Below, one piece after another: positions 33,584-37,757 of a stretch of DNA of 37,757 nucleotides. The position numbers and the translations under genes were made by a program. Location of the stretch: the NCBI GenBank assembly GCA_964255285.1, contig CAXUUL010000072.1, positions 1 to 37,757 on the forward strand, in the 5' to 3' direction. Numbering within the stretch: the first letter of the stretch is position 1; every line of letters begins with the position of its first letter. The notes under the pieces were generated by a model, which did no database searches, was not told where the DNA came from, and saw nothing but the letters and a program-made list of their open reading frames with translations. Source of the DNA: Ionaspis alba (taxonomy: Eukaryota).

Positions 33584-34152
33584 ATCTAGAGTACAGTAGA
33601 TCGGTGCTCTCCGGATTCTGAGGCTTCAAGGCTGCTAAAGTGCGTAGACGTTAGACAGAGATGAGCATATCTTCGATCGAGGGTTAGACTTACTCTTTGC
33701 ACACTCAATAGGGTTGTGCACTCTGGGCTCTGGTCGTTGTCAAGATCAATCTACGCAAATTAGATCCTGCACACTTTGACATAATCTCACCGTAGCAGTA
33801 TTCATCCCATATCGTGCTGGATGCGGACATGTGAATGAAGTGTCACGTGCGCTGAAAATGCACCTAAATTTAGTCAGCCTTGCCTCTTTGTCATCCACTC
33901 CTAGCATGTTCCACCACTTCCTTCATCTTCTCCTTCATCACTTTATCGTCTCACTTTCATTCATCACCTTCTCGACGACCCCAGATACGGTGCAGATACT
34001 TCATTTCTGCCTCAAATCTGTATGCAGTGTACATCTAGTTGAATCTCCTCACCCTCTACTTTTGCTCACCTTTCTTACCCTGCGACTACTCTGTCCTCTT
34101 GCGACCGTGACACAACACCCAATCACAACCTAGAAGACACATCACAATCGCA

Positions 34153-34319
34153 ATACTAGGTAATGGTGAAGGCTTGATTTCCGAGTGAGGGATATTGAGA
34201 ACAATAGAAGGAGGGGTCGCCATTGTCTATTCCACGGTTTGCCTATTGAGGGGAACTATTGAGATTTGGATTTGGACCGGGACTCCTGTTCTTATTGTTC
34301 GCTGTTCACCACCACATGT
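34153..34319 (+). ncRNA. Candidate structured RNA (long hairpin with H/ACA-like boxes) upstream of MPE1
   Basis: Nested complementary arms TGGTGAA/TTCACCA, GAACAATA/TATTGTTC, GAA/TTC, GGAG/CTCC, GGTC/GACC. ANANNA lies just before and ACA+3 nt just after. No family recognised. Confidence 0.25.
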
Positions 34320-34685
34320 ATCCCAGCTATTGAACTTTTTGTAATCAGTCACTTGCATCTCTGGCGGTCATCAGCAGAACTGAATCCAAGAAACATTCTA
34401 TTGGTGCCAAATAGACAACATAACCAGAGTCCTTGACCGCAACGTGCTGTATCCTGATCTGGTACTACTACTACTGACTATACTACTGCCATCGAAACCC
34501 ACACAAGACTTTGACGACTCCGTAACAGCTTTGAATCTCTCGACAGTCGCTCAACTCTGGTTTAATCGTGGTGATCCGAAGGATCTGAGCATCGCGAAAG
34601 CTAGATCGAGTCCAGACATCCCTCCTTACTACGACAACAACGTCCAATTCATCTCGGGCCTATCTCTCACGCACGCGGAGCCAGT

Positions 34686-36637
34686 ATGGCTTCATCCGTT
34701 TTCTTCCGTTTCAAATCTCAGAAGGAGCCGACACGTGTAGTCTTCGATGGTACAGGTATATCGGTCTTCGAACTGAAACGAGAAATCATCACCTTGAGCA
34801 AGCTCGGAGATGGTACCGATTTTGAGCTCATCCTGTCCTCGGACGACGGCGGTGAAGGTATGTATTATGTCTCCTGTTCACCTTGAATGTATGGCTGGAA
34901 GCTTACTCCGTCGTTTTCCACAGTGTACGACGACGACACTACAATTATCCCCAGATCTACGACAGTCATTGCGAAGAGACTCCCTGCAGCGAAACCTGGA
35001 CGAGGTGGCGCTGCGAGATATGTATCAGGGAAGATGCCGGTCAATGCGAAAAACTCGTACCGAACTGAGACCGCTGCACAGAAAGGCAATCTTAGAGGAA
35101 CAAAGGCTTCAACAAATGGGGTTGCTAATGTTGCAGAACTTCAGACAGAGGAAGAGAGGATGGCAGCTGTACTGAAAATGGGAGCCGATCAGTGGGCACA
35201 ACAGCAACAAGAAATGGCTCAGTATGTGTTTCCCTTTGCTCGAATTGGAAATAGTCATGCTAACCCTTACCTTCCAGTGCTACACCTATTCACCGTGGTG
35301 GTCCTATGAAAGGAAAGCCCATCAATGTTCCCGATAGACCTCCTCCNNNNNNNNNNNNNNNNNNNNNNNNNNNNNNNNNNNNNNNNNNNNNNNNNNNNNN
35401 NNNNNNNNNNNNNNNNNNNNNNNNNNNNNNNNNNNNNNNNNNNNNNGGCACGGTGGACGACACGAAGCAGCCCTCCGGTGTGATGGTCAACGCCGATGGC
35501 GATTGGGTCATTGCAGAACCTGATAAGGCGTCCTGGGAGCAGTACCAGGCAAAGGCTCAAGTATCAGCTGCAGCCCAGAAGGAAGAAGCACGAGGCAGCA
35601 AAGAGCTGCAAGATCGAGGATTAGAGTGCTCGATTGACAAGCACTTGTTTGTAGACCCGACCAAAACACCATGCTGTCATACCACGTACTGCAATGAATG
35701 TATTACTAACGCATTGCTCGATAATGACTTGCAATGTCCGGGGTGTGGAAAAGATGGTGTATTGATAGACGATCTCGTTCCTGATGTGGAGATGCAGTCT
35801 AAAATCCGTAGCTACGAAGTGGAAAAGGCTAGAGAAGCGGCAGCGAAGGAATCGCCAAAGGAGAAGGCAAGAAGTCCTGAAATCAAGCAGGAAGACACAG
35901 CTTCGGTCCAGAACGGCCGTCCTGAGTCAAAGTCACCTGACTCGATCAGAAGCTCACCATCGACGACTAAGTCTACAACGAGCAATCCGAAGAAACGTCC
36001 CGCCGACTCCGAGCTCGAGAATGTCCGTATCCCGACGGGCCCGAAAGCGCTCGTCAATGCAGCAAAATCACAAGACTCATCACAGCAAACAGCAACGACC
36101 CAAGGATCCGTCTTTCCTCCAGAGTTAGCATTCATGAATCAGCCTCCCTTCACCAACGGCATCAACATGCTTGGTATGAATGGTGTGAACCCTTTCATGG
36201 CAATGCCAATGACCATGTCCTCTATGATGGGCATGACCCCTGGAATGATGAATCCAATGATGATGCCCAACAACAACTTCATGAGCGGTATGAACACCCA
36301 ATGGAACGGCATGAACAACATGAACGGCATATTCCCTCAGCAGCAGAATGGCTCTTTCGGCATGATGCCCAGCGGCGGCTTTACACCAAACCCAAACCAA
36401 GGTCAAATGAATGGACAGATGGGTGGCCAGATGGGTAATGGCTACCAGAGCATGAACGGTATGAACGGCACTGGAAGAGGGATGGGTGGCTTCGCCAACC
36501 AGCAACGGACGAATTTCGGTGGTGGTCAGAGACAGAATCAGGCGGAAGATAGTGCGTATTTCCGGCAGCCGGTGAATCCGCACCGGCATCAGGGAAGGAG
36601 GAATGTTACTCGGCCTGCCGATTATCGTGAGATCTGA
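34686..36637 (+). CDS. MPE1: Cleavage/polyadenylation factor subunit Mpe1 (RBBP6-like); introns 34858-34923 and 35222-35277; gap inside
   Basis: DWNN ubiquitin-like N-terminus MASSVFFRFKSQKEP...FDGTGISVFELKREII, IIPRSTTVIAKRLP. RING-like LECSIDKHLFVDPTKTPCCHTTYCNECI...QCPGC. M/N/G/Q-rich tail. Confidence 0.93.
35347..35446. other. Assembly gap (100 N) inside MPE1
   Basis: Run of 100 N after PDRPP, where the CCHC zinc knuckle is expected. Confidence 0.99.
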
Positions 36638-37078
36638 GCCGGGCCCGAGGAGGGGAGAGAGGAGGTGTTGGAGGAGTTGACATCGCTACTTCAGGCATTT
36701 ACGGGCGGCATGGCTTTGCATATTGCATCTGGGGATATCGTCGTGGCTCTTTGGATTAGCGAGGTGTTTGATGGATATGAGGTTGCTATGAGGCGGCATA
36801 CTCGTTTACGATTCATTGCATCGGTCTTGGTATGATATGGGAAGGCAATGCAACCAAGCTTTCTGTACAGACAGAGCTGCTGTTATGTACCTACTTCCTT
36901 CGTTGATTAAGCAGGCCAATTTACTTAGGTTGAATGTCACAAGAATCTCAAATGCACATTCCAATGATTGATGGTGAACCAGTATCAATTACTCGCAATT
37001 TCACAAGCCTCATATCCAAAGCAATCGCAAGTAAAACCCCCCCAACAACAAATCCAAATGACACCAGAGCAAAGAAAC

Positions 37079-37757
37079 TCAAGTCTCCATAGCCAACATC
37101 AACCACTCCTCACTCGTAACATCCTCTCCAGTCCACGGCGCCAGAGTGGTAAGCTCGAACCCAACCCAGCCCAAGTCTCTCACCAAGCCCTTCATATTCG
37201 TCGGATCCATTGATCGGTCCAGACAGACAACGAGTTGATCGCAACGAAGAGTAGGCGAATCGGCCAACTCGATGAGAGCCATCAATCTGTATGATTTTCA
37301 TTAGCGTACACACGACCCCTGACATGTAATGACCGTACTCACCCAGGCTTCAAATCCGCCATCGCAGCCGTATCTTCAAAAAACACAAACAACGCACCGC
37401 CCGCCACGAAGCCCCTAAATCTCATCCCGCCACCATAATCCCAAACCTCAATCCACTCCTCCACAGCTTTCCCTTTGACCTTCCCCTCATCCAAAACCGT
37501 ACGATTCTCAACAAACGCACCCATCACCAGCGACTCCCGCACCGCAGTCCTCCTCTCACCAAGGAAAACCGCCCGCAGTGTGCCGCAGAAGAGTCTCTCA
37601 CCTTCTTCCGCAATGGTGTGCGCTGCCCCCCCTTTGCTGGCCTTGCTGGACGCGCGACTTCCAGACTGGAAGGCGTCTAGGCTGGCGTTGCCGGCAAGGG
37701 GGGGACTTTGAGGGGGGGATGGGGTTCCTGAGGGGGTCTCAGGGATACCACTGTGCC
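37079..37757 (-). CDS. OAZ1: Ornithine decarboxylase antizyme (5'-truncated by the window edge), decoded by +1 frameshift; intron 37342-37287
   Basis: ORF1 ends ...AQWYP* (TGG TAT CCC TGA). The +1 frame reads ETPSGTPSPPQSPPL...IAEEGERLFCGTLRAVFLGE...WIEVWDYGGGMRFRGFV...LFVFFE...LKPG|LMALIELA...LVVCLDR...LGWVGFE...SEEWL, the Pezizomycotina antizyme pattern. Confidence 0.93.
37739..37744 (-). promoter_or_regulatory. Programmed +1 ribosomal frameshift site CCC-UGA of antizyme
   Basis: Minus strand GCA CAG TGG TAT CCC TGA G. Skipping the U of UGA enters the antizyme ORF2 frame. Confidence 0.9.

Noticed and set aside
34445..34480. CCTGATCTGG resembling part of a TPP riboswitch
   Set aside because: Lacks the CUGAGA segment and the following AUAAU-CCAGCG arm, and the neighbouring genes are not thiamine-related.
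36130..36540. ATG-rich repeats in MPE1 as a DNA repeat element
   Set aside because: Explained by the Met/Asn/Gly/Gln low-complexity protein tail; no fixed-period array.
1..37757. CRISPR arrays, tRNA, rRNA, telomeric repeats
   Set aside because: Eukaryotic gene-dense DNA; no repeat-spacer pattern, cloverleaf with A/B boxes, rRNA-like sequence or TTAGGG array seen.

Overview
Intron-rich filamentous ascomycete (Pezizomycotina-type) genomic scaffold with three 100-N gaps; exon structures below were read by hand from GT..AG sites and CTRAY-like branch points. Most genes are conserved housekeeping genes: cytochrome b5-like (partial), ER DnaJ SCJ1, ribosomal protein eL42, a 2H phosphoesterase, a MIT-domain protein, a PIG3-like quinone oxidoreductase, ATG7, dCMP deaminase, HIS7, MPE1 and the 3' part of ODC antizyme. 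The antizyme +1 frameshift site (CCC-UGA) and downstream RNA hairpins are visible at the window end. The least ordinary segment is about 5.7-19.4 kb. It holds an intact DNMT5-type C5-cytosine methyltransferase/SNF2 ATPase fusion, followed on the same strand by a KDM4-like JmjN/JmjC gene whose Fe(II)-binding triad is broken (HxE to HxK, distal H to C). A decayed Myb/SANT-like ORF lies upstream. This is a candidate DNA-methylation/pseudo-demethylase module, but any functional link is inferred from adjacency only. Other leads are a structured eL42 first intron with a second in-frame ATG|GT donor, a long hairpin with H/ACA-like geometry upstream of MPE1, and repeated C-rich to G-rich strand-skew flips. 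No tRNA, rRNA, CRISPR array or intact transposon was recognised.
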